Assembly (NCBI GenBank): GCA_030680835.1
Contig: JAUXUD010000014.1
Location: forward strand, 18,965 to 82,964
DNA length: 64,000 nucleotides
DNA from: Bacteroidota bacterium
GTDB taxonomy: Bacteria; Bacteroidota; Bacteroidia; UKL13-3
Reading direction: 5' to 3'
The first letter of the stretch is position 1, and each line of letters begins with the position of its first letter. A model generated the notes under the pieces. That model ran no database searches. It was not told where the DNA came from and saw only the letters and a program-made list of their open reading frames with translations. The translations under genes were made by a program, and so were the position numbers. Positions 19,671 to 30,501 of the stretch are shown here, piece after piece.

Positions 19671-20834
19671 TTGGTTTATAAAGAAAATACTACATTACTT
19701 AATAAATTAACACTTGTTAATCCGACTTATAATCGTCAGGATTTCGCATTGAGGTTGATGAGATATTGGTCGGGCAGAGAACCTCGTGTAATTATTATTG
19801 ATGGAAGCAACGAATCTATACCTGCACAGCAACTGAGCAATTTAGATTCTAACATATCGTATTATCATATCCCTGAAAATATAGTAACACGTATTGGAAA
19901 GGTTTTGAATTTGATTGATACCGAATATGTGGCCTTGATAGCTGATGATGAATTTCATCTGCCAGGTGCCCTTCATAAAAGCATTGAATGGCTCGAAATC
20001 AGAACTGATTATGTAGCCTGCATGGGAAGGGCTATGGGCTTCGGAATTGATGAAGATGGTAAGGTAATTGGACATATTGCTTATCCGGACCATAAAGGAT
20101 ATGAAATAACCAACACAGATCCAGCGAGTAGAATGTTGAAACATATGCGCCATTATACTCCATCTACAATATACTCGGTTGTGAGATCTAAAGAGTGGAT
20201 AAATTCTTTCAAGGCGTATGTGGCAAAAGAGTTTCCTATATATGCAATTGGTGAACTTCAATTTGAACTGTCAATTTGTTATTTCGGTAAAAGCATTATA
20301 TTACCTTATTTACATTGGTTACGTTCATCTGAAAATATTCCAAATCCGGAAGAGCACTTAAAACATCCTGACAAGGATATTTCCCTAAATCCGGGAAATC
20401 AATTTTATTTATGCTGGTCTTCTCCTACCAAAAAAGAGTTCAGGGAGGAGTTCTTGAAAATTACATCCGAAACTTTAGCTAAAACCGATGGAAGAGATAT
20501 CAAAATTGTTTCGGACGAGGTTGAACGGGCGATGGATGCATACGCTGAATTAAGTATGAATTGGGATTCAGCAATATTATCGAATGGCCTTAAACCCAAA
20601 ATCAAGACATTGCTCAAGAAATATTTACCACTTGCATTGAAAGTACCCCACGCACTCAGAACAATACTAAGTGCAACTGATGGAACCGGTAAACCCAAAT
20701 CTTTAATATCCTCGGCCAAAGATATAGAGCGTGGTGGCGTTTTGGTTGATTACGAAGCCTTAAAAGAAATTGAAAATATTGTCTTTGAATTCCATCAAAA
20801 GAAATTTAAAAGCCCAACACAAAATTGTTGCTGA
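19671..20834 (+). CDS. putative GT-A fold glycosyltransferase-like protein
   Basis: The N-terminus TLVNPTYNRQDF...IIIDGSNESIP...ADDEF resembles the GT2 N-terminal sugar-nucleotide binding region. Confidence 0.35.
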   Translation: MVYKENTTLLNKLTLVNPTYNRQDFALRLMRYWSGREPRVIIIDGSNESIPAQQLSNLDSNISYYHIPENIVTRIGKVLNLIDTEYVALIADDEFHLPGALHKSIEWLEIRTDYVACMGRAMGFGIDEDGKVIGHIAYPDHKGYEITNTDPASRMLKHMRHYTPSTIYSVVRSKEWINSFKAYVAKEFPIYAIGELQFELSICYFGKSIILPYLHWLRSSENIPNPEEHLKHPDKDISLNPGNQFYLCWSSPTKKEFREEFLKITSETLAKTDGRDIKIVSDEVERAMDAYAELSMNWDSAILSNGLKPKIKTLLKKYLPLALKVPHALRTILSATDGTGKPKSLISSAKDIERGGVLVDYEALKEIENIVFEFHQKKFKSPTQNCC

Positions 20835-20892
20835 TATAAAAAATATTTATATCAAAAACTACCGCACTATTTTAAAACAAACGGAATAAATA

Positions 20893-21915
20893 ATGAAACC
20901 TTATAAAATAGATATTGCAGTTTTATTATTGTTTTTTGCAAGACCGGATCATTTTGAAAAGGTATTTGATGAGGTAAAAAAAGCAAGCCCTTCCCGATTA
21001 TATTTATATCAGGATGGGCCCAGAGAGGGAAGACCTGATGACCTGGCAAAAATAAAAGCATGCCGTGAAATTGTTGAACAGATTGATTGGGAATGTGAAA
21101 TTCATACCAACTACCAGGTAAAAAACATTGGTTGTGATCCATCAGAATATTTAAGCCAGAAATGGATGTTTGAAACGGAAGAAATGGGAATTATCCTCGA
21201 AGATGATGATGTTCCTTCCCAATCATTTTTCCCTTTCTGTAAGGAACTCCTGGAAAAGTATAAGGACGATAAAAGAATTTACTGCATTTCAGGCATGAAT
21301 CATTTAGATGAATATAAATCTGAGATGGCAGATTATATTTTTACAAGCAATCAAAGCATTTGGGGTTGGGCTACCTGGAAAAGATGTATTGATTTATGGG
21401 ATGTGAATATGCCTTTTTTAGAAGATAAATACGCATTAGAAATATTGGGAAATAATTTAACGGGTTTTAAAGATACTGTCAATACTTGCACCTGGCATAG
21501 GGCAAGTGGAATCGAATGGTATGAATCTATCTCATGGGCTGCACAAAACCTCAATAATATGTTGAATATTGTACCCACAAGGAACCTGATATCCAATATT
21601 GGTATTGGGGAGGATGGAACCCATGGTGCAGGGTCAGTTATAGAACTACCCAAATCTGTCAGAAGTATTTTTAATAAAAAAACTTTTGAATTAAGTTTGC
21701 CATTAAGACATCCTGATTTTGTATTAAATGACACTATTTTTTTGGAAAAGCTTAACCGAATTACAGGTAATGGATATCCAATAATAAGTTTCTTCAGAAA
21801 GGCCGAGAATGCAATGCGGAGGTTTTACTTTGCGGATAAAAAATCTAAAATAGAAAAAATCCTCAGAATCCCAAAAACAATTCTAGTCATCTTTCAAAAG
21901 CGATTTGCAAATTGA
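20893..21915 (+). CDS. putative GT2-like glycosyltransferase
   Basis: IAVLLLFFARPDHFEKVFDEV...LEDDDV (DxD-like). Confidence 0.4.
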   Translation: MKPYKIDIAVLLLFFARPDHFEKVFDEVKKASPSRLYLYQDGPREGRPDDLAKIKACREIVEQIDWECEIHTNYQVKNIGCDPSEYLSQKWMFETEEMGIILEDDDVPSQSFFPFCKELLEKYKDDKRIYCISGMNHLDEYKSEMADYIFTSNQSIWGWATWKRCIDLWDVNMPFLEDKYALEILGNNLTGFKDTVNTCTWHRASGIEWYESISWAAQNLNNMLNIVPTRNLISNIGIGEDGTHGAGSVIELPKSVRSIFNKKTFELSLPLRHPDFVLNDTIFLEKLNRITGNGYPIISFFRKAENAMRRFYFADKKSKIEKILRIPKTILVIFQKRFAN

Positions 21916-23102
21916 ATATTTTAATTGGGAATACCCAGGAATTTAATCCTCAAATAGGTGGAGTGGAGATGGTTTCCTCCATCCTGGCTAAGGTATTTAC
22001 TGAAATGGGACACAAAGTTTTTTTTGTTGCCTGTCTCAAATCGCCTTATAGTAAGATGTATGTGCCGGCAGTTGAACAAACCCTATTACCGGATAAAACC
22101 TACGACTCTGTCATTAACAAACAAAAACTTCTTTCGGTTTGTGCAGATAAAAAAATTGAGATCATACTGAATCAGGCAGGAAATATTGCAGAATTTACAA
22201 GACTCTGCGCCTTTGTTTCAAAAGAACAGCAAATTCCATTGATTTCAGCAATTCACATAAACCCCTTAAATAAAATTTCGGCAATAAAGGATTATAAATT
22301 TTCTGCCATTAACAAATTTAGCTATCTAAAAGGATTTGGAAGAATGTTATTAATGCCGCTGAGATATAGACGTATTTATATGGAGGAACAGATATTATAT
22401 GGGGAAGTATGTTCAACAAGTGATAAAGTAGTTCTGTTATCAAAGGGTTATTTAAAAGAATTGGAATATCTAACAGGGAAAGGTTATTTAAAAAACGTAA
22501 TTGCGATAGCAAACCCAGTGAATTCTAAATTTCTCAACAAACCAATAATTAAAGAAAAAATTGTTTTGTTTGTTGGCCGGTTAGATTTTGATCATAAGAG
22601 ACCCGACCGGTTAATTTGCATCTGGGAGAGAATGTATAAAAATTATCCGGATTGGAAACTAAAATTTGCCGGCGATGGCCCATTCAAAAAACAATTGATG
22701 GATTATATTGTCAAAAAAGGAATTCGGAATGTTGAGTTTCTGGGTTTTTGTGACACCAGTAAACAATATCAGAACGCATCAATACTCTGTTTAACTTCCA
22801 CAATTGAAGGCTTGCCAATGGTATTGTTAGAAGGTATTAGTTATGGGTGCATCCCCCTTTCCTTCGATAGTTTTAATAGTGTTTTTGACGTTATTGAAAA
22901 CAATAAAAACGGCTTTATTATTCAATCATATCATTTAAAAAAATATGAAATAAAATTGCGATTACTGATGGACAATGAAGAACTGCGTGCAACAATGTGC
23001 CAAGAGTCAATTGAATCAAGCCATAAATTTGAACCTCATTCAATGGCTTCAGATTGGATCTCATTATTTACAGAAGCAATAAACACAAAGAAGCATGAAT
23101 AG
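21912..23102 (+). CDS. glycosyltransferase family 4 (GT-B, RfaG-like)
   Basis: C-terminal motif EGLPMVLLEGISYGCIPLSFD (E-x7-E). Confidence 0.7.
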   Translation: MNILIGNTQEFNPQIGGVEMVSSILAKVFTEMGHKVFFVACLKSPYSKMYVPAVEQTLLPDKTYDSVINKQKLLSVCADKKIEIILNQAGNIAEFTRLCAFVSKEQQIPLISAIHINPLNKISAIKDYKFSAINKFSYLKGFGRMLLMPLRYRRIYMEEQILYGEVCSTSDKVVLLSKGYLKELEYLTGKGYLKNVIAIANPVNSKFLNKPIIKEKIVLFVGRLDFDHKRPDRLICIWERMYKNYPDWKLKFAGDGPFKKQLMDYIVKKGIRNVEFLGFCDTSKQYQNASILCLTSTIEGLPMVLLEGISYGCIPLSFDSFNSVFDVIENNKNGFIIQSYHLKKYEIKLRLLMDNEELRATMCQESIESSHKFEPHSMASDWISLFTEAINTKKHE

Positions 23103-24144
23103 GATTTATATCTGTCATACGTATTATAATGTGTATGTTTCTATACTTAAAGAATTAAATGGCCAAAAAACCGATAGTCAAAAAGGAACCATAGCACTCA
23201 GCCTGATGAGTACAGATTTTAAAGATTTAAAATCAAGACTCGAAAAATCAAGTTTATTTGCAGAAGTTTTTGAACTGAATGAAGTACACCCCAGATTTTT
23301 TAAAGAAAAATTCAGATATGCAACTGAAGCAAAAAACTGGCTCTTAAGAACAATTATTGACGATTTGTTTGCATGGCGATTCACAGCTAAACAAGAAGAA
23401 AGGTACTTAAATATTGATTTCTCGGTTTATCGTGAAATATTCGTTTACTGCGATGCAGATCCAATCGGTCAATATTTAAATTATAAAAAAATATATTATC
23501 ATGCAATAGAAGATGGCCTTGATGCATGTAAAATACAAGATGTTAAAAAAAACTCCAGATTCTTCTATATTAGATTACTGCTAGCCAGGTTAGGAATCGT
23601 CTTCATATATGATGGCTATTCGAAATATGCCCTTGATATAGAAGTTAACAATAGTCAGGGTATCAATACTTTTGGGAGAAAAGTCAGGGAGGTATCAAGA
23701 AAGAACCTCTTAGATCAACTAACCAATAATGAGAAACAAACAATCTATGATATCTTCTTCCTTGGCAATACGAATAAAAAATTTAATAATAACAAAAAGA
23801 ATATTTTGATTATGACTCAACCTCTTTGCACAAAAGAGAAAAGAATTGAAATGTACAGGGATATTATTAAAAATCACGGTAACGGATACAATATCTACAT
23901 AAAACCCCATCCTATTGATGATGGTAATTATGAAAAAGAATTCCCTGAATGCATAGTTCTCGAACGATTTTTCCCTGTCGAAATATTCAATTTTAAATGT
24001 GAATTAGACATCGAAAAAATAATAACCGTGTATACCGTTTTAAATGATTTGACATTTGCAAAAGAAAAAATACGTTTAGGTATTGGTTTGTTGGATAGTT
24101 ATGAGGATCCAATATTACATAATTATGTGAAAGATGTAGAATAA
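23095..24144 (+). CDS. GT52-like glycosyltransferase (candidate sialyl/legionaminyl-transferase)
   Basis: The protein is about 350 aa. The N-terminus is MNRIYICHTYYNVY. The IKPHP motif resembles the conserved PHP motif of GT52 sialyltransferases. It is assigned by resemblance only. Confidence 0.4.
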   Translation: MNRIYICHTYYNVYVSILKELNGQKTDSQKGTIALSLMSTDFKDLKSRLEKSSLFAEVFELNEVHPRFFKEKFRYATEAKNWLLRTIIDDLFAWRFTAKQEERYLNIDFSVYREIFVYCDADPIGQYLNYKKIYYHAIEDGLDACKIQDVKKNSRFFYIRLLLARLGIVFIYDGYSKYALDIEVNNSQGINTFGRKVREVSRKNLLDQLTNNEKQTIYDIFFLGNTNKKFNNNKKNILIMTQPLCTKEKRIEMYRDIIKNHGNGYNIYIKPHPIDDGNYEKEFPECIVLERFFPVEIFNFKCELDIEKIITVYTVLNDLTFAKEKIRLGIGLLDSYEDPILHNYVKDVE

Positions 24145-24213
24145 TTAAAAGGGGAAAAATTGAACTTTAGTAATTTGTATGAAGCGGATTTGAAAGGTGC
24201 CAATTTTTAAAAT

Positions 24214-25464
24214 ATGAAAGTACTCTGGTTTTCTAATACTCCGGCAAATGCCGATGAATATTTTAATAATGAATTAAATGGCTCCGGTGGCTGGCTTCAA
24301 GCATTAGACCAATCGCTACAGAATCATGTGGAATTGCATATTGCTTTTTTCGATCAGCATAAAGAAGTTTTCAGGTATAAAAACGCTACCTATTATCCCA
24401 TACCCATTAATCAGGGGATACTAAAAAGAGCCATACAAAGATTTTTTAATTTTTCATCAGAAAAGCGGAAACTTTCTATATTTCTTGACATTATAGAACA
24501 GGTAAAACCTGATATCATTCACATTCAGGGTACGGAGAACCTTTTTACAGAAATCCTGCCGCATACAGAGGTTCCGGTAGTTATTTCTATTCAGGGAATC
24601 ATAACTGTTGTAAGACATAAGTATTGCAGTGGTTTTGAAAATCATTTTTTACATAGACCCGATAGAAAAGCAATAAGTATAAAAAGTTTGCTATTCCCCT
24701 ATTCATTTCATGTTGAGTATAGAAAATTTGGCCCTATGCAAAAAAGAGAAACAAAAAACCTTAAATTGGCCAAAAACATTATAGGCAGAACCTCCTGGGA
24801 TAACAGAGTTTCAAGAATATTAGCACCTAACAGCACTTATTATCATGGTGATGAAATTTTGCGGGATGCATTTTATCAACATCAATGGAAACCGCATTTT
24901 AGTGATAAAATAATTATTCATACTACCAATAGCAATACCTTTTATAAAGGATTCGAAACGTTGTGCATGGCTTTAAACCTTTTAAATTCAATGGGAATTC
25001 AATGTGTTTGGCAAGTGGCTGGAATCGCTTCTGAAAATCTGATTGTAAAGGTTACTAAGGAAAAATTAAAAAAAGACTTCCCGCAAAAAGGTTTATTATT
25101 AATGGGGCATCTGAATCAAAGTACATTAATTGAAGCCATGTTACGTGCTGATTTGTATGTAATGACTTCGCATATCGATAATAGTCCAAATGGACTCTGT
25201 GAGGCAATGATCCTTGGTTTGCCTGTTATTTCCACTTTTGTTGGGGGAGTAGGTTCATTAATGAAAGATAGAGAAGAAGGTATGCTCATACAGGATGGCG
25301 ACCCCTGGGCAATGGCTGGCGCTATCTTAGAAATATGGAACAATCGGGAGCGTGCTATTCAGTTTGGCCAAAATGCTCGTAAAATTGCATTAATAAGGCA
25401 TAATAAAGAAAGAATAGTAAGCGACTTAATCAACGTTTACGAAAATATTCTTAAAACCAGGTAA
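24214..25464 (+). CDS. glycosyltransferase family 4
   Basis: C-terminus GLCEAMILGLPVISTFVGG. Confidence 0.7.
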   Translation: MKVLWFSNTPANADEYFNNELNGSGGWLQALDQSLQNHVELHIAFFDQHKEVFRYKNATYYPIPINQGILKRAIQRFFNFSSEKRKLSIFLDIIEQVKPDIIHIQGTENLFTEILPHTEVPVVISIQGIITVVRHKYCSGFENHFLHRPDRKAISIKSLLFPYSFHVEYRKFGPMQKRETKNLKLAKNIIGRTSWDNRVSRILAPNSTYYHGDEILRDAFYQHQWKPHFSDKIIIHTTNSNTFYKGFETLCMALNLLNSMGIQCVWQVAGIASENLIVKVTKEKLKKDFPQKGLLLMGHLNQSTLIEAMLRADLYVMTSHIDNSPNGLCEAMILGLPVISTFVGGVGSLMKDREEGMLIQDGDPWAMAGAILEIWNNRERAIQFGQNARKIALIRHNKERIVSDLINVYENILKTR

Positions 25465-25475
25465 GAAATCTGAAA

Positions 25476-26747
25476 ATGGTTCAAAAAAACACAAAGCAAC
25501 CTGGTATTCTATTTACAATTGCATGCATCTTTTATCTTGCTTACATGTTATTGCCTGCTATAGGTTATTGGTCAAGTGTATATGTTAATATTTTTATGGT
25601 TTCCATAGTCTTATTTTTTATTTTTTCCGGTAAAAATAAAAAATTTATCCAATTCTGTATTCCATTCATATTGATTTTTGTGTTGCAAATAATTAATAAA
25701 TTTTTAAGTCTTAAATCATTTTCGAATGCAGATGATGTAAAAATCAAATTAATTTCGTTATTCAATGGTGTTGATTTTATATTGCCTATGGTTATTGGTT
25801 TTTACCTGCTTTCAAACAATTATTTAAAAACAATAAAATTAGTTTTACTATTTTCAATTGCTTTTTTGTGTATCACCTCAATCACTTCAGCTTATGGATT
25901 AATAGTTGACCCCTTAGCTGCAAAAGAAATGGCATCTGGCATGCAGGGAGACGCAAAATATTTGGAATATCTCAAAAAAAACATTGGTGGATTTACCATT
26001 GTATATATGATTCCACTTGTTATACCCATGATTTTTACATTGTATAAAACGAACAAAATAAATTTGTTGCAATTTATTATAGTAGTGATTCCAATGATTT
26101 ACTATGTATATTCTTCAAGCTATGCAATTGCCCTAATGATTACTCTTATTTCAATTTTGGCAAGTTTCATTACAATAAAATATTCTAAAATGAAATTCAT
26201 TTTTCTCCAGTTTGCTCTCATTTTGGCTTTTTTTGTATTAAAGCCTGTTATTGGCTATTTACTGCACTATTATGCAGGAAATACGGATAGCTTTGAATTA
26301 TCAATTAGGATGAATGCATTGGGAGATGAAATGACAGGTATTAAAAGTACTAATGAAGAATATGAAAGCAGGCAAGAGGCCTATGACTATTCGATTGATA
26401 TGTTTCTATCAGATCCTATTTTTGGTGGCCTAATCTCAGGAAGAAGGGCTTCAGGCGGACACTCATTTATTTTGGATATTTTGGCTTCATATGGGGTAGC
26501 CGGGATTCTGGCATTGTATTTAACATACCGGCAAATATTACTTTTTTTCTATAAACCATTCAAATCACATATTTATTTTGGATATATGTTGTTGAGCTTT
26601 TATTTAAGTATCATTCTTGCATTGGTCAATACTTCGGCTAACATTTTTGTTATTGGTTTATTTGTACCTCTTGTTGCTTATATTCTTCAAAATAATATCT
26701 ATAGTACTACAATAAAAGATGGTAATATCAGACCCGCTGAATTATAA
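25476..26747 (+). CDS. polytopic membrane protein, O-antigen polymerase/ligase (Wzy/WaaL) superfamily-like
   Basis: At least 10 hydrophobic segments, with a periplasmic-loop-like region near the C-terminal third. No soluble domains. Confidence 0.4.
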   Translation: MVQKNTKQPGILFTIACIFYLAYMLLPAIGYWSSVYVNIFMVSIVLFFIFSGKNKKFIQFCIPFILIFVLQIINKFLSLKSFSNADDVKIKLISLFNGVDFILPMVIGFYLLSNNYLKTIKLVLLFSIAFLCITSITSAYGLIVDPLAAKEMASGMQGDAKYLEYLKKNIGGFTIVYMIPLVIPMIFTLYKTNKINLLQFIIVVIPMIYYVYSSSYAIALMITLISILASFITIKYSKMKFIFLQFALILAFFVLKPVIGYLLHYYAGNTDSFELSIRMNALGDEMTGIKSTNEEYESRQEAYDYSIDMFLSDPIFGGLISGRRASGGHSFILDILASYGVAGILALYLTYRQILLFFYKPFKSHIYFGYMLLSFYLSIILALVNTSANIFVIGLFVPLVAYILQNNIYSTTIKDGNIRPAEL

Positions 26748-26932
26748 AAATAAATTTTCAATAGCACAACTTATCACAAAAGATGTTATGCGGTTTTTGA
26801 TAGAATATATAATTGCTACCATCAGATTAAGGTTTTAAAATCTTTAGTGAACCAATTCTTTTATTCGCAAATTTACCTGTTGTTTGTGAAAGAAGTAGAA
26901 AAGAGTTAAAAATATCAAATTATTATACTATT

Positions 26933-27952
26933 ATGATTCTATTAGATTCTCTTTATATTAATAAAAGTGGAGGAGAAGTTCTTCTTGACTATTTAGTTAA
27001 AAACATTGAAAAAGAAGAAATAGATTGTTTTTATCTGTTTGATATAAGAGGAATAGATTGCTTTGATTATATACCTGAAAATAGGAAAATCTATTTAAAG
27101 GCTTCTATTTTTAATAGATATAAATTTTACAAAAAAAATATAAACAAATTTGAAAAAGTAATTTGCTTTGCTAACCTTCCTCCTTTTTCTTCTATAAATA
27201 GGCAAGTATATACCTATTTTCATCAGCCAATGTTTTTGAGTGTGCCTGCGGAATTTTCATTTATTAAGAAAATATCTTTTATGTTAAAAACCTTTCTTTT
27301 AGGTGCAATTATAGATAACACTAATTATTGGCTGGTTCAATCTGATCATATTAAAGTTAAACTACAATCAAAATTTAATATTTCTCCGGAAAAAATAGAA
27401 ATTATCCCCTTTTTCCCTTCTTTTAATACGATTACAAATATAACAAGAAGAAAGCACACATATATTTACGTAAGTACAGCCTCCCCACATAAAAATCATA
27501 TTAGATTGATAGCGGCATTTTGCAAATTTTATGATAAATATAAAATTGGCGAATTAATTCTTACTATAAGTGATGATTATAAAAAAATTATACGACTGAT
27601 TAATTTAAAAAATGATATGGGTTATCCTATTAAAAATATTGGGTACGTGACCAGAGAGAATTTAGTTGAATTTTATCAAAGTTCTGAATTTTCAATTTAC
27701 CCTTCTCTCGCTGAAAGTTTTGGGCTAGGAATAGTTGAAGCAATTGAAAACGGATGCAATATTATTGGTGCTGATTTACCATATACATATTCAATATGCA
27801 AACCATCAATAATTTTTAACCCTTCTGATGTAAACAGCATCTTTTTAGCATTAGAAAATTCCATTAACATTAACATTAACATTAACATTAAACCAACTGA
27901 ACAATTTGTGCAAAATGAAATAGCTGGTATAATTGAAATTCTAAAAAACTAA
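26933..27952 (+). CDS. glycosyltransferase family 4
   Basis: PSLAESFGLGIVEAIENGCNIIGADLP motif. Contains the (ATTAAC)n repeat. Confidence 0.65.
   Translation: MILLDSLYINKSGGEVLLDYLVKNIEKEEIDCFYLFDIRGIDCFDYIPENRKIYLKASIFNRYKFYKKNINKFEKVICFANLPPFSSINRQVYTYFHQPMFLSVPAEFSFIKKISFMLKTFLLGAIIDNTNYWLVQSDHIKVKLQSKFNISPEKIEIIPFFPSFNTITNITRRKHTYIYVSTASPHKNHIRLIAAFCKFYDKYKIGELILTISDDYKKIIRLINLKNDMGYPIKNIGYVTRENLVEFYQSSEFSIYPSLAESFGLGIVEAIENGCNIIGADLPYTYSICKPSIIFNPSDVNSIFLALENSININININIKPTEQFVQNEIAGIIEILKN
27863..27892 (+). repeat. in-frame hexanucleotide tandem repeat (ATTAAC)x4 plus one imperfect unit, encoding (Ile-Asn)4-Ile-Lys
   Basis: Read directly: ccATTAACATTAACATTAACATTAACATTAAAcc. Confidence 0.9.
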
Positions 27953-28104
27953 AAAAAAAGAAAAACCTTCCATAAAAAGAAGTATTTGTTATAAAAATAC
28001 TTTGAAGCGGACATTTCAAACATACTGAAAAGAAAATAATTCAGGAATATCTTATAATCTGCCCTCTTCAATCGATTTTCCATCCGCTTTTAACAATTTA
28101 TTAA

Positions 28105-29313
28105 ATGAAAAGCCCTAAACTATTATACGTCAGTTCTCTTTGTGGGCCAGGTATGCAAAAATATTTATGGGAAACTTCTATTATTAAACCTCGTCAGGCA
28201 GTCCAAAAATTTCATCGTTTACTTTCGGAAGGATTTGCTATGCACGTACCAGAGGGGGTGGATGTATTAAGTTCCATTCCAATAACTTCTTTAAGTCACG
28301 CCCGCCGATGGTGGAGGTCATCAACTGAACAAGCCGGGGGCATCAGATATCGCTATCTGACTTTTATAAATTTGCCCTATATCAAAAATATTTTTATTTT
28401 TTTGTTGAGTATGATGTCCACCCTACGATGGATATTGACTCACAAGGCTCATCAACAGTATGTGATCTGTGATGGTTTAATTTTATCCGTGACCGCTGGA
28501 TGCATGGTAAGTGCCAAACTCATGAAGCAGAAGGTTGCGGTAATCGTAACAGACCTGCCAGGATTGTTGATTGACAACAATCAAATGACCGGCGGGCTGA
28601 ATGAACGGCTTCACAAGCAGTTAGTGTCCTATATTTTAACTCATTTTGATTATTATATTATTCTAACAAGACAGATGAATGAGGTAGTGAATCCAAGGAA
28701 GAAACCCTTTATAGTGATGGAAGGTTTAGTGGATGATAAAGGAAACCAATTGGAGAATACTTTTGAGGAAAAAGGCAGGGAAAGAATTATAATATATGCA
28801 GGAGGTATTTATGAAGAATATGGCATTAAAACCTTAATAAAGGCATTCATGCAGTTAAAGGATGAGACTGTTCGTTTACACATATACGGTAAAGGTGATA
28901 TGGAAAACGATATGCCTAAATATTTAGCACTTGATTCCCGAATTAATTATTTTGGATTAGTTCCAAATGATGTAGTGGTAAAAAGGCTGACAGAAGCAAC
29001 TTTATTGATTAACCCCCGGCCTACTAAAGAAGAATTTGTGAAATATTCTTTCCCTTCCAAGAACATGGATTATATGGCATCAGGTACGCCTTTGCTCACA
29101 ACTGCTTTGCCAGGAATGCCAGAAGATTATTATGACTATGTTTACTTACTAAAGGATGAATCTATTGAAGGATTTCGGATTTGCTTAGAGACTTTGTTAG
29201 ATAAGCATAGTTCTGAACTATATAAATTTGGAGTTAAAGCAAAAAAATTTGTTTTATCCAATAAGAATAATCGTCTGCAGACCAAAAGAATATTAGATTT
29301 AATTGTTAAGTGA
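28105..29313 (+). CDS. glycosyltransferase family 4
   Basis: FPSKNMDYMASGTPLLTT motif (E/GT4 C-terminal). Confidence 0.7.
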   Translation: MKSPKLLYVSSLCGPGMQKYLWETSIIKPRQAVQKFHRLLSEGFAMHVPEGVDVLSSIPITSLSHARRWWRSSTEQAGGIRYRYLTFINLPYIKNIFIFLLSMMSTLRWILTHKAHQQYVICDGLILSVTAGCMVSAKLMKQKVAVIVTDLPGLLIDNNQMTGGLNERLHKQLVSYILTHFDYYIILTRQMNEVVNPRKKPFIVMEGLVDDKGNQLENTFEEKGRERIIIYAGGIYEEYGIKTLIKAFMQLKDETVRLHIYGKGDMENDMPKYLALDSRINYFGLVPNDVVVKRLTEATLLINPRPTKEEFVKYSFPSKNMDYMASGTPLLTTALPGMPEDYYDYVYLLKDESIEGFRICLETLLDKHSSELYKFGVKAKKFVLSNKNNRLQTKRILDLIVK

Positions 29314-29383
29314 TTTTAGAGAACTTTACTGAATGTAACTTTAATTTTTTCTACAAATAGGTTTTAATCTCTCCATTATACTC

Positions 29384-30496
29384 ATGACAACAACCATCTG
29401 TTGTGTATTCAACATAGCATCGCATTATCGAGCTCCAATTTATACACTGATGGACAAAGAGTTGGAATGTGATTTTTTTATTGGAGATCGCCTTCCATAT
29501 GTTATAGAATTAATGCATTATGAAAGTTTAAAAGGATATAAAAATAGATTGAACTACCTACATATAGCTGGGAATTTTTATTGGCAGCAAGGAGCCATTT
29601 CGTTGGCATTTAAATCATACAAGCAATACATACTAACAGGGGAGCCCTATTGTATTTCTACCTGGTTAATTCTGCTTTTAAATAGATTAACAGGCAGGAA
29701 ATCATACTTATGGACACATGGTTGGTATGGAAATGAGACCCGTTTTAAAATATTAATTAAAAAGTTATTTTTTGGACTGGCTGACAAAGTATTACTCTAT
29801 GGCGATTATGCCAGAAATTTAATGCTGAAGGAAGGTTTTAAGTCAGAAAAACTCTTAACAATATATAATTCTTTAGATGTCGAAGAGCAAATGCAAATAT
29901 GGCAAAATTTGAAAGAAACATCAGTATATAAAGAACATTTTAAAAATCAATTCCCGATTTTGCTTTATATTGGACGTATACAGACGAGAAAAAAAATTGA
30001 GTTGCTGATTGAAGCTTTGAATGAATTAATAAAAAATAATTCACCATGTAATTTAATACTTATTGGAAAACAGACTGATGAGACAAATATTCACAAATTA
30101 GTATCCTATTACGGATTAGATAGATATGTTTGGTTTTTTGGCCCATGTTATGATGAAAATATTCTAGGTGAACTTATTTATAATGCGGATGTGTGTGTAT
30201 CTCCTGGAAATGTTGGCTTAACAGCAATGCATGCTCTGGTTTATGGGACTCCGGTTATTACCCAAAACAACTTTACCCGTCAAATGCCGGAGTTTGAAGC
30301 TATATCACCCTCTTTAACCGGTGATTTTTTTACAGAAGATTCTGTTGAAGATTTAACTAAGAAAATTATGGATTGGGTTAATGTTGGATTTGAGCGAAGA
30401 GAAACCATTCGTCAAAATTGTTATAAAATAATTTATGAAAAGTACAATCCCAACAAACAAATTAATGTCTTAAAAGAGGCTTTAAATTTACATTAA
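29384..30496 (+). CDS. glycosyltransferase family 4
   Basis: GT-B C-terminal pattern (SPGNVGLTAMHALVYGTPVITQ). Confidence 0.65.
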   Translation: MTTTICCVFNIASHYRAPIYTLMDKELECDFFIGDRLPYVIELMHYESLKGYKNRLNYLHIAGNFYWQQGAISLAFKSYKQYILTGEPYCISTWLILLLNRLTGRKSYLWTHGWYGNETRFKILIKKLFFGLADKVLLYGDYARNLMLKEGFKSEKLLTIYNSLDVEEQMQIWQNLKETSVYKEHFKNQFPILLYIGRIQTRKKIELLIEALNELIKNNSPCNLILIGKQTDETNIHKLVSYYGLDRYVWFFGPCYDENILGELIYNADVCVSPGNVGLTAMHALVYGTPVITQNNFTRQMPEFEAISPSLTGDFFTEDSVEDLTKKIMDWVNVGFERRETIRQNCYKIIYEKYNPNKQINVLKEALNLH

Positions 30497-30501
30497 GCCT
30501 A

